From positions 64,001 to 128,000 of the forward strand of contig CAVYLP010000006.1 of NCBI GenBank assembly GCA_963769425.1: a stretch of DNA of 64,000 nucleotides. Reading direction: 5' to 3'. The number at the start of each line of letters is the position of its first letter. Within the stretch, counting starts at the first letter, position 1. The translations under genes were made by a program, and so were the position numbers. Below the pieces are notes generated by a model, which was not told the DNA's origin, did not search any database, and saw nothing but the letters and a program-made list of their open reading frames with translations. The stretch comes from Candidatus Bathyarchaeota archaeon. GTDB taxonomy: Archaea > Thermoproteota > Bathyarchaeia > TCS64. Below are positions 9,463-18,295 of the stretch, piece by piece.

Positions 9463-10134
9463 TTGACTGGTGAGGAACAGGTTCTGCAGAAACTGTATGA
9501 GGCAGTGTTAAACTTCGACTCCACAGCCGCAGAGAATGCCGCGAAGGAGGCTATGGCCCTGAACATGGATCCGATCAAGGCCATCGAGGACGGACTTGCC
9601 AAGGGGCTCAGGGAGATTGGCGACAAGTTTGAGCGTGGCGAACTCTACCTCCCCCACCTCATCATGGGCGCGGACGCTATGGAAGCGGCCATCAAGATCC
9701 TAGAGGGGCACATGACTCAAGCTGGTTTAGATGCAACAAGCAGAGGAACAGTCGTTATCGGAACCGTGGAGGGTGACATCCACGACCTAGGTCTCCGCAT
9801 AGTCTCATCGATGCTTCGGGCCAACGGTTTCAAGGTCTACGATCTGGGCTTCAACACGAAGAGTCTAGACTTCATTGAGAAGGCGAAGGAGGTCAACGCG
9901 GACATAATCGCGGTCTCATCGCTGATGACGACCACCATGCCTTTCATGAAAGACCTCATCGAGTCGCTGGAGGCTTCCGGGCTCCGGAGCAAGTTTTTGG
10001 TGGTCGTTGGTGGTGGTCCAGTCACAGAGCAGTGGGCGAAGGAGATCGGCGCAGACGGATATGGACGAGACGCAGCTGAGGCAGTTCGGGCTGCGAGAGA
10101 GTTGATGAAGCGCAAGAGGGGATCGGCACCTTGA
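9463..10134 (+). CDS. Cognate corrinoid (B12-binding) protein, MtmC/MtbC-like
   Basis: GTVEGDIHDLG (DxHxxG), SSLMTTT, VGGGPV, GADGY. Confidence 0.95.
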   Translation: MTGEEQVLQKLYEAVLNFDSTAAENAAKEAMALNMDPIKAIEDGLAKGLREIGDKFERGELYLPHLIMGADAMEAAIKILEGHMTQAGLDATSRGTVVIGTVEGDIHDLGLRIVSSMLRANGFKVYDLGFNTKSLDFIEKAKEVNADIIAVSSLMTTTMPFMKDLIESLEASGLRSKFLVVVGGGPVTEQWAKEIGADGYGRDAAEAVRAARELMKRKRGSAP

Positions 10135-11546
10135 CTTCACCTAACCTTTGGGAGGTCCTTGACAGGGCATGCAACACCGGTCCGGTTATGCCCGGCAAGG
10201 ACTTCGACATGAAGCTATTCCATACTACCACGAGACTCGTCAAGGAACACGACATCAAGTACGACCCGAATACTCCTGTGACGAGCGACGACGGACTAGC
10301 CGACGAGGCCTGGAATGCCGGACTGGAATTGTTCGAGGAGATTGGGTCATACTGCATCAACTCGGGCAGAGTCATCAAGTTTGAGCCCTCCGAGATCAGG
10401 GATGGACTAAGGGACCTACGCGGAGATGCAGTGGTCGGCGATGGGGCCGAGAGGAGGGTTCTAACCCTCAGGGGTGTTGAGGACAAGCGGCCTCCCTCAA
10501 TCGTAGCTGGTGGTGTGATAGAGAGTGACTTCCCCGAGGGCGAGAACTTCGTAAAGCTCTATCAGAGCATTGCTCAAGAGCCCCTCATCGACGGATTCTA
10601 TGTTGGTCCTCCTCTGCACACATCTGAGGGACGACTCGTTAGATCAGGGACTCCGCTCGAGATGCATAGTGGGAAGTCGATGGCTACTTGGGTTCGCGAA
10701 GCTGTTAGGCGTGCAGGTAGGCCGGGGCTCCACTTCGTCTCAGCGTGCACCCCATCTATCGCGAATGTAGCGGCATCTGATCCAATCGAAGGCATTAGGC
10801 GCACGGACGGCATTGTGGCGACGATCATGCCTGAGCTGAAGACTGACTACGAGAACCTGAACAAGGTCACATTTGCACATGACTACGGCTGCATTAAACA
10901 CATCTACAACGGCGGGATGATCGGCGGATGGGCGGGTGGACCCGAGGGAGCCCTCATCGCTTCGATTGCTAACGCCTTGATGGCTGTCATGGTCTACAAG
11001 ATTAATGTAGGCTCCTCCTACAATGCGTTGGGATACCTAAGGGCTTCTGCTCCAAACTACAGTGCCTTCGTCACCCGCCCCTGCATCTGGGGTTCGTCTA
11101 TTGGCAGCCAGGCTCTCTCAAGGAACACGAGGATCATCAACACTGGGCTCGCCATGACCAACGCGGGGCCAGGCACGGAGATGCAGTTCCAGGAGATGGC
11201 CGCTGCCCAATGCGCCGCAATCCCATGCGGCAGGGAGGGTCTATCGCAGGGTGCGAGAAGGTTCAAGGTCAGGCCTCTACTAGGCAGCGGTCTCGAGAAC
11301 AGGTTCTGGTCTGAGTTAGGCTACGCCATGGCGGGGGTGAAGAGAGACCTTGCCAATACCATCGCAAATTCACTGCTTCCAAGGTACGAAAACAAAATCA
11401 CCAGAGAATCTGATGGAGGCCCACCCGGACACACCTTCGACGAGATATACGACTTGACGACTCTGAAACCTAGGCAACAGTTCCTAGATATTTACGAAAA
11501 GGTGAAGAAGGACCTGGAGGACCTCGGCCTAGAATTCAGATGTTAA
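10131..11546 (+). CDS. mtmB-like: MtmB-family corrinoid methyltransferase without pyrrolysine (paralog 2)
   Basis: AGRPG, GIRRTDG, ELKTD, IGGWAGGPEG, FDEIYDL..LEDLGLEF; no in-frame TAG. Confidence 0.88.
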   Translation: MTSPNLWEVLDRACNTGPVMPGKDFDMKLFHTTTRLVKEHDIKYDPNTPVTSDDGLADEAWNAGLELFEEIGSYCINSGRVIKFEPSEIRDGLRDLRGDAVVGDGAERRVLTLRGVEDKRPPSIVAGGVIESDFPEGENFVKLYQSIAQEPLIDGFYVGPPLHTSEGRLVRSGTPLEMHSGKSMATWVREAVRRAGRPGLHFVSACTPSIANVAASDPIEGIRRTDGIVATIMPELKTDYENLNKVTFAHDYGCIKHIYNGGMIGGWAGGPEGALIASIANALMAVMVYKINVGSSYNALGYLRASAPNYSAFVTRPCIWGSSIGSQALSRNTRIINTGLAMTNAGPGTEMQFQEMAAAQCAAIPCGREGLSQGARRFKVRPLLGSGLENRFWSELGYAMAGVKRDLANTIANSLLPRYENKITRESDGGPPGHTFDEIYDLTTLKPRQQFLDIYEKVKKDLEDLGLEFRC

Positions 11547-11574
11547 CTGCACCGGACAACAACAATACTGTTAA

Positions 11575-13584
11575 ATGGAAAAATGTCTTGGACTCATTAA
11601 CTTGAGTCCTTCAACTAAGGTGCTCTTTGAACCGATTGGAAAGAAGATTGACGCCTCAGCCAACGAAACCATTCTCGAAATTGCGACTCGAGCAGGCATA
11701 GGTATCAGATCGGAGTGCGGTGGAGTCCAGACTTGCGGGAAATGTCGAGTCGTGGTGAAGAATAGGAAAGGGTTAACGAGCCTGACGGAGAAGGAGAGGC
11801 AGATCCTTTCCCAGGAAAATATCTCCGAGGGAAATCGTCTGGCGTGTGCTGCAAAAATAGTCGCAGGCTTGGAGCACTTGACGATCACGCTTCCGCCAAA
11901 TAGCCTCGTTAGAGAACGAAAATTCATGGAGGAAGGAATCGAAGGGAAGGTGAAGCTCGACCCTGCATTTAGAAAACTTGTTGTTACCGTGTCCAAACCC
12001 GCTATAGGTGATCGGAGATCTGACGAAGTCAGGCTCTTGGACAGCCTCAGTGAGAGATATGGATTGAGACTCTTATCAGTTGACTACTCTGTTCTGAAGG
12101 ATCTCCCCAACCACCTCTACTCTACTGATGCTGTAACAGCAGTTGTTTGGGATGAATCCCAATTGATCTCTCTCGAAAAAGGAGATACAAGCAGCATACA
12201 GTATGCTTTAGCCATCGACGTTGGTACCTCGAGAATCACTTGCTCACTTGTAGATACTTCAACCGGAAGTAGGCTCGCACGGAAATCGATAGAGAATCCA
12301 CAGATCACGTACGGCGAGGATGTCATGACCCGTGCCTCCTTCTCTCAAGCGAGCGTCGAAAATCGAGATCTATTGCAGCAAACAGTTGTCGAGGGGATCA
12401 ACCAGCTCATAAAAACCCTCTGCGCTGAGAGCCACATCTCACCGTCTAACATCTACGAGGCCGTCGTGGTGGGCAACACAGTCATGCACCATATGCTTCT
12501 CGGCATAGAGACGAGACATCTTGCGATGTCCCCATTTGAGCCAGCGACTAAAGCCTCGATCCACCTAAAATCAGGAGAATTGGGGCTAAATATGAATCAC
12601 GGGGGAATTGTAACTCTACTGCCGATAATTGATGTTTTTGTCGGATCTGATGCGGTCGGAGACATCATCTCAACAGGGTTGTATCGATGCAGAAAGCCTA
12701 GCCTCCTTCTAGACATAGGGACAAACACCGAAGTCATGCTAAACCACAATGGAATCGTATCTGCCTGCTCCTGTGCATCTGGTCCAGCCTTCGAGGGTGT
12801 GCACATCGAACACGGGATGAAAGCGGTAACTGGAGCGATCGAAAGCCTTCGAATAAGTGGCGTAGACCTCGAATTGAGCTACGATGTAATAGGGGGAGAC
12901 AAACCCATCGGTCTCTGCGGATCAGGAATAGTTGATGCCGTAGCTCAGCTTCTTTCAATGGGGATCATTGACAGAGTTGGCAGGTTTAACACCTCATCCG
13001 AAACGCCGAGGCTGAAGAAGCAAAACGGAGTCATCAAGTTCGTGGTGGCTTGGAGCGAGGAAAGTGGAACAGGTAGCGAGATCACAATTTCCCAGAAGGA
13101 TATAACCGAGGTCATTCTCGCAAAGGCGGCTATCTACTCTGCCTGCGCTTCTCTAATGGCGATGAAGAAGTTAGGAACCAAGGACATAAACAAAATTATG
13201 GTGGCGGGGGCTTTTGGCAGCCACCTGGATAAGAACAACGCTAAGGCAATAGGGCTGTTGCCGGCGGTAGATAACCATAGGATTCTTTTCGTGGGTAACT
13301 CGGCTTTGGCGGGTGCTGAGATGGCGCTCAGATCAAGGAGTAGTCGACTCCTATCTAATAGGGTATCAGAGAGCACTGAATACGTGGAGCTGGCTACAAG
13401 CAACGACTTCGACAGGGAGTTCACGGGAGCGCTCTGGCTGCCCCATCGTGACCTAAACAGATTCCATGTGGAAGCAATAACAAGAATTTGGATTAACCTG
13501 TTTATTATCTTTTTTTCAGAAAAATTCATCGCGAATCCACGGTGCGCCGAGGCTGAATCACGATGGGTTTACTCAACAGGATGA
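11575..13584 (+). CDS. Corrinoid reductive activator (RamA/RACo, ASKHA ATPase with N-terminal 2Fe-2S domain)
   Basis: CGGVQTCGKC..RLAC; IDVGTS, NPQITYGEDV, LDIGTNTE, GPAFEG, GLCGSG, AGAFG; the last ~35 codons may be a frameshift extension. Confidence 0.92.
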   Translation: MEKCLGLINLSPSTKVLFEPIGKKIDASANETILEIATRAGIGIRSECGGVQTCGKCRVVVKNRKGLTSLTEKERQILSQENISEGNRLACAAKIVAGLEHLTITLPPNSLVRERKFMEEGIEGKVKLDPAFRKLVVTVSKPAIGDRRSDEVRLLDSLSERYGLRLLSVDYSVLKDLPNHLYSTDAVTAVVWDESQLISLEKGDTSSIQYALAIDVGTSRITCSLVDTSTGSRLARKSIENPQITYGEDVMTRASFSQASVENRDLLQQTVVEGINQLIKTLCAESHISPSNIYEAVVVGNTVMHHMLLGIETRHLAMSPFEPATKASIHLKSGELGLNMNHGGIVTLLPIIDVFVGSDAVGDIISTGLYRCRKPSLLLDIGTNTEVMLNHNGIVSACSCASGPAFEGVHIEHGMKAVTGAIESLRISGVDLELSYDVIGGDKPIGLCGSGIVDAVAQLLSMGIIDRVGRFNTSSETPRLKKQNGVIKFVVAWSEESGTGSEITISQKDITEVILAKAAIYSACASLMAMKKLGTKDINKIMVAGAFGSHLDKNNAKAIGLLPAVDNHRILFVGNSALAGAEMALRSRSSRLLSNRVSESTEYVELATSNDFDREFTGALWLPHRDLNRFHVEAITRIWINLFIIFFSEKFIANPRCAEAESRWVYSTG

Positions 13585-14853
13585 GGGCGAGACCGCTCCC
13601 GGTCATTCTCTTCACAGTCTTCGTTGACCTAATAGGCTATGGGATAGTCTTACCGATTGAGCCCCTACTGCTCGCCGACCCCTCATCGAAGTATTACCTG
13701 ATTCCGCAGGGGCTGACCGTAAATGAGGGGTACATCATCCTCGGACTCCTGATCGGCGCGTACTCGATCGCGCAGTTCATCACCACCCCGATCATTGGGC
13801 AGGTCTCGGATCACAGGGGGAGAAAGAACCTTCTACTGTTCTCGCTCGCGGGGATAGGTGTCTCTTACCTCATGTTCGTCGTAGGCATCTCCCTGAGGAG
13901 CATCCCCCTCCTATTTGTGGCGCGTATAATTATGGGGGCGACGGGTGGGGACGTCGCCATCGTCCAGGCGGCGACAGCCGACATCAGCAGGCCGGAGGAT
14001 AGGGTGAAGAACTTCGCACTCGTGGGCGCCGCGTTTGGACTGGGCTTCGTAGTCGGACCCGTCCTCGGCGGGATCCTCTCCGACTCGACCCTCGTTAGCT
14101 GGTTCGACGCGACTACGCCGTTCTGGTTCGCGGCTGGTCTGAGCGTTGCGAACATCGTCTCGGTCCTCGTTCTCTTCCCCGAGACACTGAAGACGTTGAA
14201 AAAGGATTCACGCGTCATCTGGCGGCGCGCGCTCGTCGACATAGTTCACGCCTTCTCGATAGGGGAGCTAAAGATACTCTACGCTTCGGCGCTCCTATTT
14301 TACGCTGGCTTCGCCTTCTTCGCAACCTTCGCCTCCGTCTTCCTCATAAATAAGTTCGGTTTCACTCAGACGGGGATCGGGACCTTTTTCGCCTGGGTGG
14401 GGGCATGGATAACGATCTCGCAGGTCCTAATCACGGGCAGGCTCTCGCGGCGCTTCACGGAGTATCAGGTCCTTAAGATTCAGCCTCGTCGCGATGGGGG
14501 TTCTTCTTCTACTCTTCAACCTGCCGACGCAAGGCTGGGAGCTATACCTTCTCGTGCCCTTCTTCTCGACGCTGATCGGACTCTCATTCGCCAACAACGT
14601 CTCCATAGTGAGCCGCTCGGTGGGCCCCGAGATTCAGGGAGAGGTACTCGGAATCAATGCTAGTGTTAGGTCCCTTGGCATGGGCATCCCGCCCCTCCTT
14701 TCAGGGTTCATCGCGGCCAGCCTGACCCCCGAGGCACCCGTGATCGTCTCAGGCATCGTGGCGCTGATATCGGGGCTCATCTTCCTCGTCTTCTATAAGC
14801 CAAGCCCTGATCAGAGAAAGATTTCCAGGAGTAAAAAAAACTCAGGTAAATGA
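13563..14853 (+). CDS. MFS transporter (TetA/DHA1-like), split by a frameshift near 14480
   Basis: GQVSDHRGRK, GLGFVVGPVLGG; ORFs 13563-14663 and 14494-14853 together give a full-length MFS. Confidence 0.85.
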
Positions 14854-14892
14854 ATCTAAAAGGGTTTAAAATGAGGCGGCGAGCGGAGCCGC

Positions 14893-15300
14893 TTACTGGG
14901 TCTTGTAGTGGGCGTCGTAGTAGGCGCTGAGGTCGTCGAGGACGGCCTTGCGCGTCTTCATCGACTCTAAGCCCGCCTTGAGGTGCATCCTACCCTCCTC
15001 TGTGAGGGTGTAGACGCGCCTGTCTGGCCCCGCCTCCTTCTCCTGCCACTCGCTGGACAGGAGGCCGCGATGCTCCATGCGGCGGAGTACCGTGTAGACG
15101 GCCCCTGGCTCGATCTTCTCGGGCTGGGCTAACCCGCGCTTGTTAAGCTCCTCCATGAGCTGGTATCCATGCATGGGCTTCTCGTCGAGGAGGCGCAGGA
15201 AGATTATCCCTACCCAGCCGCGCTGGGGGTGGTGCATCTGGTGGTGTACCTCGGCTTCGCCGCCGTGGCAGCCACACTCTCTACCTTCGTGACCGTTCAT
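14893..15300 (-). CDS. PadR family regulator with Cys/His-rich N-terminus
   Basis: PMHGYQL, PGAVYTVLRRME, RRVYTLTEEG; N-terminal CGCH..HHQMHH. Confidence 0.9.
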   Translation of the reverse strand: MNGHEGRECGCHGGEAEVHHQMHHPQRGWVGIIFLRLLDEKPMHGYQLMEELNKRGLAQPEKIEPGAVYTVLRRMEHRGLLSSEWQEKEAGPDRRVYTLTEEGRMHLKAGLESMKTRKAVLDDLSAYYDAHYKTQ

Positions 15301-15316
15301 AGTGATCAATGTATAG

Positions 15317-15329
15317 GTAACAATGTTAC
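15317..15329. promoter_or_regulatory. Palindromic operator candidate GTAACA-A-TGTTAC in the padR promoter
   Basis: Perfect 6-1-6 inverted repeat between the minus-strand TTTATA box (15331-15336) and the padR ATG (15300). Confidence 0.55.
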
Positions 15330-15378
15330 ATATAAACAATTACATTACCTAAGGTCAGAGCGCGTTCGAGTGTTTGGT

Positions 15379-15400
15379 TGTTCTAATCTCTGGTTTGATA
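15379..15400 (+). promoter_or_regulatory. Repeated 22-bp promoter motif TGTTCTAATCTCTGGTTTGATA (also at 16234-16255 and 16740-16761)
   Basis: Identical at 15379 and 16740, variant at 16234; each starts 45-55 bp before a start codon. Confidence 0.7.
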
Positions 15401-15423
15401 TGGGCAGGGGTTGCTGTTTGTGT

Positions 15424-16182
15424 ATGGCGGGTCAGTCTTCGCTGTATGGGGCGATCCTGGCGTTCTCGGTTGTGTTCGCGGGTTTTTCGGTGCTGTGCGT
15501 GTGGACGCCGGCGGGTGTTCCCCTCGGCGCTGTCTGGGGGCACGGACTGGTCCAAGATGTAGTATTCGAGCGTGACTATAAGGCGCTGGAGATTGTTCGG
15601 GCGGGGCTCGTTTACAGGAACCCTTCAGATAGTGCGGTGTCCTTCTACCTGTATTACCCGGTTAGCTATTCGGTCTACGTCGACGGTGTGTTCGATAGGA
15701 GTGGCGGGGAGGGGGTAGAGGGGGAGTGGAAGATAGTGACGGTCCCGGCGGGGGGAGAAGTGGCAGTGAACCACGTAGACTTCCAGCCGGAAGCGGCGGG
15801 CTGGTACGAGGTCGAGTGGGGTGGCGTAAGGAGGGGGATCGAGGTGGCGCCATGCGACGCCGTGGCGAGGATAGTGACCGACAAGGAGTGGTACGAGGAG
15901 GGGGAGAACGGGCACGCCACGCTGGAGTACTACAACGCGAGGACCTATAACGTGACTATCGGCCTTCCTAGCCGCGTTAGGTTCGCCAGCGTCTATCCGG
16001 ATGGAAAACGGGATTCGGTGGATGGGGGCTTCATAGACTGGGCTTACGCCAGCCGCACGCTCGCGCCGGGGGAGGTGCTGAGGGTCACCGAGTTCTACTT
16101 CAAGACGTCGAGGGCGGGTAGCTTCATGCTAGAGGGGATGGGGGCGAAGGCGACAGTATGCGTCCTGCCTGCGTCGCCGTAG
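15424..16182 (+). CDS. Membrane-anchored/secreted beta-rich protein with two repeated domains (paralog 1)
   Basis: N-terminal TM; repeated Y.NP / VTDK..Y..GE / IDW / VP.G motifs. Confidence 0.7.
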   Translation: MAGQSSLYGAILAFSVVFAGFSVLCVWTPAGVPLGAVWGHGLVQDVVFERDYKALEIVRAGLVYRNPSDSAVSFYLYYPVSYSVYVDGVFDRSGGEGVEGEWKIVTVPAGGEVAVNHVDFQPEAAGWYEVEWGGVRRGIEVAPCDAVARIVTDKEWYEEGENGHATLEYYNARTYNVTIGLPSRVRFASVYPDGKRDSVDGGFIDWAYASRTLAPGEVLRVTEFYFKTSRAGSFMLEGMGAKATVCVLPASP

Positions 16183-16288
16183 GGCCGCGCGAACTTTCGC
16201 TACCATAGAAAAGCGTTTTTTTTCTGCTGGGGGTGTTCTAATGTCTGGTTATAAATGGAGTGTCGCATGTTTATTTTGTGTTGAGGGT

Positions 16289-16738
16289 ATGTCGGGCTGG
16301 TGGCGGGGACTCGGGCGGGTTCCGAGGGGGTTCCTTCAGGGCGCTGGGTTCCTAGCCTTCGTCGTGCTTCTGGTGGTCCTCGTAGACTCGGCGGCACCGT
16401 TCGGGGGTAGGCTCGACCCTGTGCTCGTAACGGATAGAGATGTCTACACAGTGGGGGAGACGATACGCGTCGAGACTTCGTATGTCAACCCCTACCACTA
16501 CGTCGTCTCGTTCTCGCCCCCCTCCTCGCTTCCCGGCGTCTCAGGGCGCTACGATGGCGAGGCGTCCACGTCCCAATCAATGGTAAACATCAGCTGGGTG
16601 GCGCGGAGCTTCCCTGTGGAGCCCGGGGGCTCATTCATCATGTTCAGGGAGGAGTTCGCGGCGACGAGGGAGGGAAGCTTCGTGGTCAGGTGGATGGGAC
16701 TGAGCAAGACGGTTCAGGTCCTCCGGGGTCCTAGCTGA
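16289..16738 (+). CDS. Membrane-anchored beta-rich protein, single domain (paralog 2)
   Basis: TM then VTDRDVY..GE, YVNP, ISW, VEPGG, GLSKTVQVL. Confidence 0.7.
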   Translation: MSGWWRGLGRVPRGFLQGAGFLAFVVLLVVLVDSAAPFGGRLDPVLVTDRDVYTVGETIRVETSYVNPYHYVVSFSPPSSLPGVSGRYDGEASTSQSMVNISWVARSFPVEPGGSFIMFREEFAATREGSFVVRWMGLSKTVQVLRGPS

Positions 16739-16786
16739 GTGTTCTAATCTCTGGTTTGATAAGCGTGGCCTCTCAGATTATCCTGC

Positions 16787-17536
16787 ATGTCGGGCTCCTC
16801 TTGGGCCGCGTTCCTCGCTTTCACCTTGGCCCTGGCGGGTTTCTCGGGGCTCAGCCTGACCGCCCCCGTCGGGTATCCAGAGGGTTCGCGGTTGGAGAAT
16901 GGCCTCGTCAAGATTGTGATGTTTGAGCCGGTGGATTACAGGAGCCCCTGCTTCGTCTGGGGGCGGCTCGTCTACGTGAACCCGACCGACGTGGACCTCA
17001 GCCTCGACCTCTCGTACCCGATCCCATATGATGTATTCTATGTATCGGGGCGCATCGAGTCTGGGGGACTTGGCGGTGGGCCGACGAGGGTGAAGGTGCC
17101 AGCGCATGGTGAGTATCCGGCCGCATCAATCAGCTTCCAGGCCATGGCACCGGGCCACTATGAGGTTGAGTGTGGTGGGGTTAGTGGTGGCGTTGACGTG
17201 AGGGTTGGAGATGTCGTCATGAGGTTGGTGACGGACAAGCAGCTCTACCAACAGTTCGAAGGAGGAAAAGTAACGTTCGAGTTCTACAACCCCGGTTCTA
17301 GCCCGGCCTCGGCAACTCCACCGTCGCAGATCGAGCTCGGGTTTGAGATCAACGGTGTGAAGCAAGAAAATGGGCAGGGGGTCAACATCGACTGGGTCTC
17401 AGCCAACTTCACTGTGCCACCGGGGGGAACGTTCAAAATATTCACATTTACATTCACGACCTCAAAGGTGGGGCAGCTGACCCTGACTGGGATGGGGCTG
17501 AGGAAGACCGTGAAAGTTCTGCCCCTCGAGCCATAA
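16787..17536 (+). CDS. Membrane-anchored/secreted beta-rich protein with two domains (paralog 3)
   Basis: Signal/TM; LVYVNP, VTDKQLY, FYNP, IDW, VPPGG, GLRKTVKVLP. Confidence 0.72.
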   Translation: MSGSSWAAFLAFTLALAGFSGLSLTAPVGYPEGSRLENGLVKIVMFEPVDYRSPCFVWGRLVYVNPTDVDLSLDLSYPIPYDVFYVSGRIESGGLGGGPTRVKVPAHGEYPAASISFQAMAPGHYEVECGGVSGGVDVRVGDVVMRLVTDKQLYQQFEGGKVTFEFYNPGSSPASATPPSQIELGFEINGVKQENGQGVNIDWVSANFTVPPGGTFKIFTFTFTTSKVGQLTLTGMGLRKTVKVLPLEP

Positions 17537-17545
17537 TCTGCTGGA

Positions 17546-18172
17546 TCATCGCCTGTGTGGTGGCGGGTACTTGGGGTAGGCGACGCGACTGTGCCTCAGG
17601 TGGAGGTGCGCCATGGCCTCCGCGATCTCGAGGCTCGCCTCGGCGGGGTCGATAACGGGTAGGTGGATTGACTCGCGCAGGGGGTGGCCCATTGCGAACA
17701 TTCCGAGGCAGTCGAGGTAGAAGGCGTCGTGCCCCTTCGCTTCGAGCTCCCGAATCGTCTTTTCGGTGAGGCGCATGGTCTTCGCCGTGTCCTTTCTCAG
17801 GTCGAGGACGGGGAGGGGGGCGGGGACCGCGACCGGGTTCCTTCCGAGGAGCTGGGAGAGCAGGCGCATAGACTCCCCTGGGCCGACGACGGGGACGTCG
17901 ACGAGCGTGCGCGCCGCCTCCAACCCGGGGTCGCCGGCGCACCAGACGATGATCGCGTCCGCTCCCGACTTCTCAGCGGGGCCGACGAGCTTGAGGACCT
18001 CGGCGGCGGCCTGCGTGTGATCGACGGGGCTCTCTATGGCCAGTGGCCCTTCCCGCACACGCGAATATGTGATCTCGGTGCCCGAGCGGGCAATTGAGGT
18101 GAGGAAGTCGGTGCGGAGTCTTATGGCGGCGTCGTCGAGGCCCGTGATGGGGACGGCGAGATGAATCCTCAA
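17546..18172 (-). CDS. Asp/Glu/hydantoin racemase family (allantoin racemase-like)
   Basis: GPLAIES, DAIIVWCAGDPG, LDCLGM, PVIDP. Confidence 0.85.
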   Translation of the reverse strand: MRIHLAVPITGLDDAAIRLRTDFLTSIARSGTEITYSRVREGPLAIESPVDHTQAAAEVLKLVGPAEKSGADAIIVWCAGDPGLEAARTLVDVPVVGPGESMRLLSQLLGRNPVAVPAPLPVLDLRKDTAKTMRLTEKTIRELEAKGHDAFYLDCLGMFAMGHPLRESIHLPVIDPAEASLEIAEAMAHLHLRHSRVAYPKYPPPHRR

Positions 18173-18295
18173 CGTAGATCAGTGAGTGTTGGGGTTGCAG
18201 GTGTATATCGCGCTTATGGCTTGCTACTGCTCATAACGAAAAAATACTTTTCGCATTTTTTCGGGGACTCATAAAAAAGATATGAGAAAAATAGT

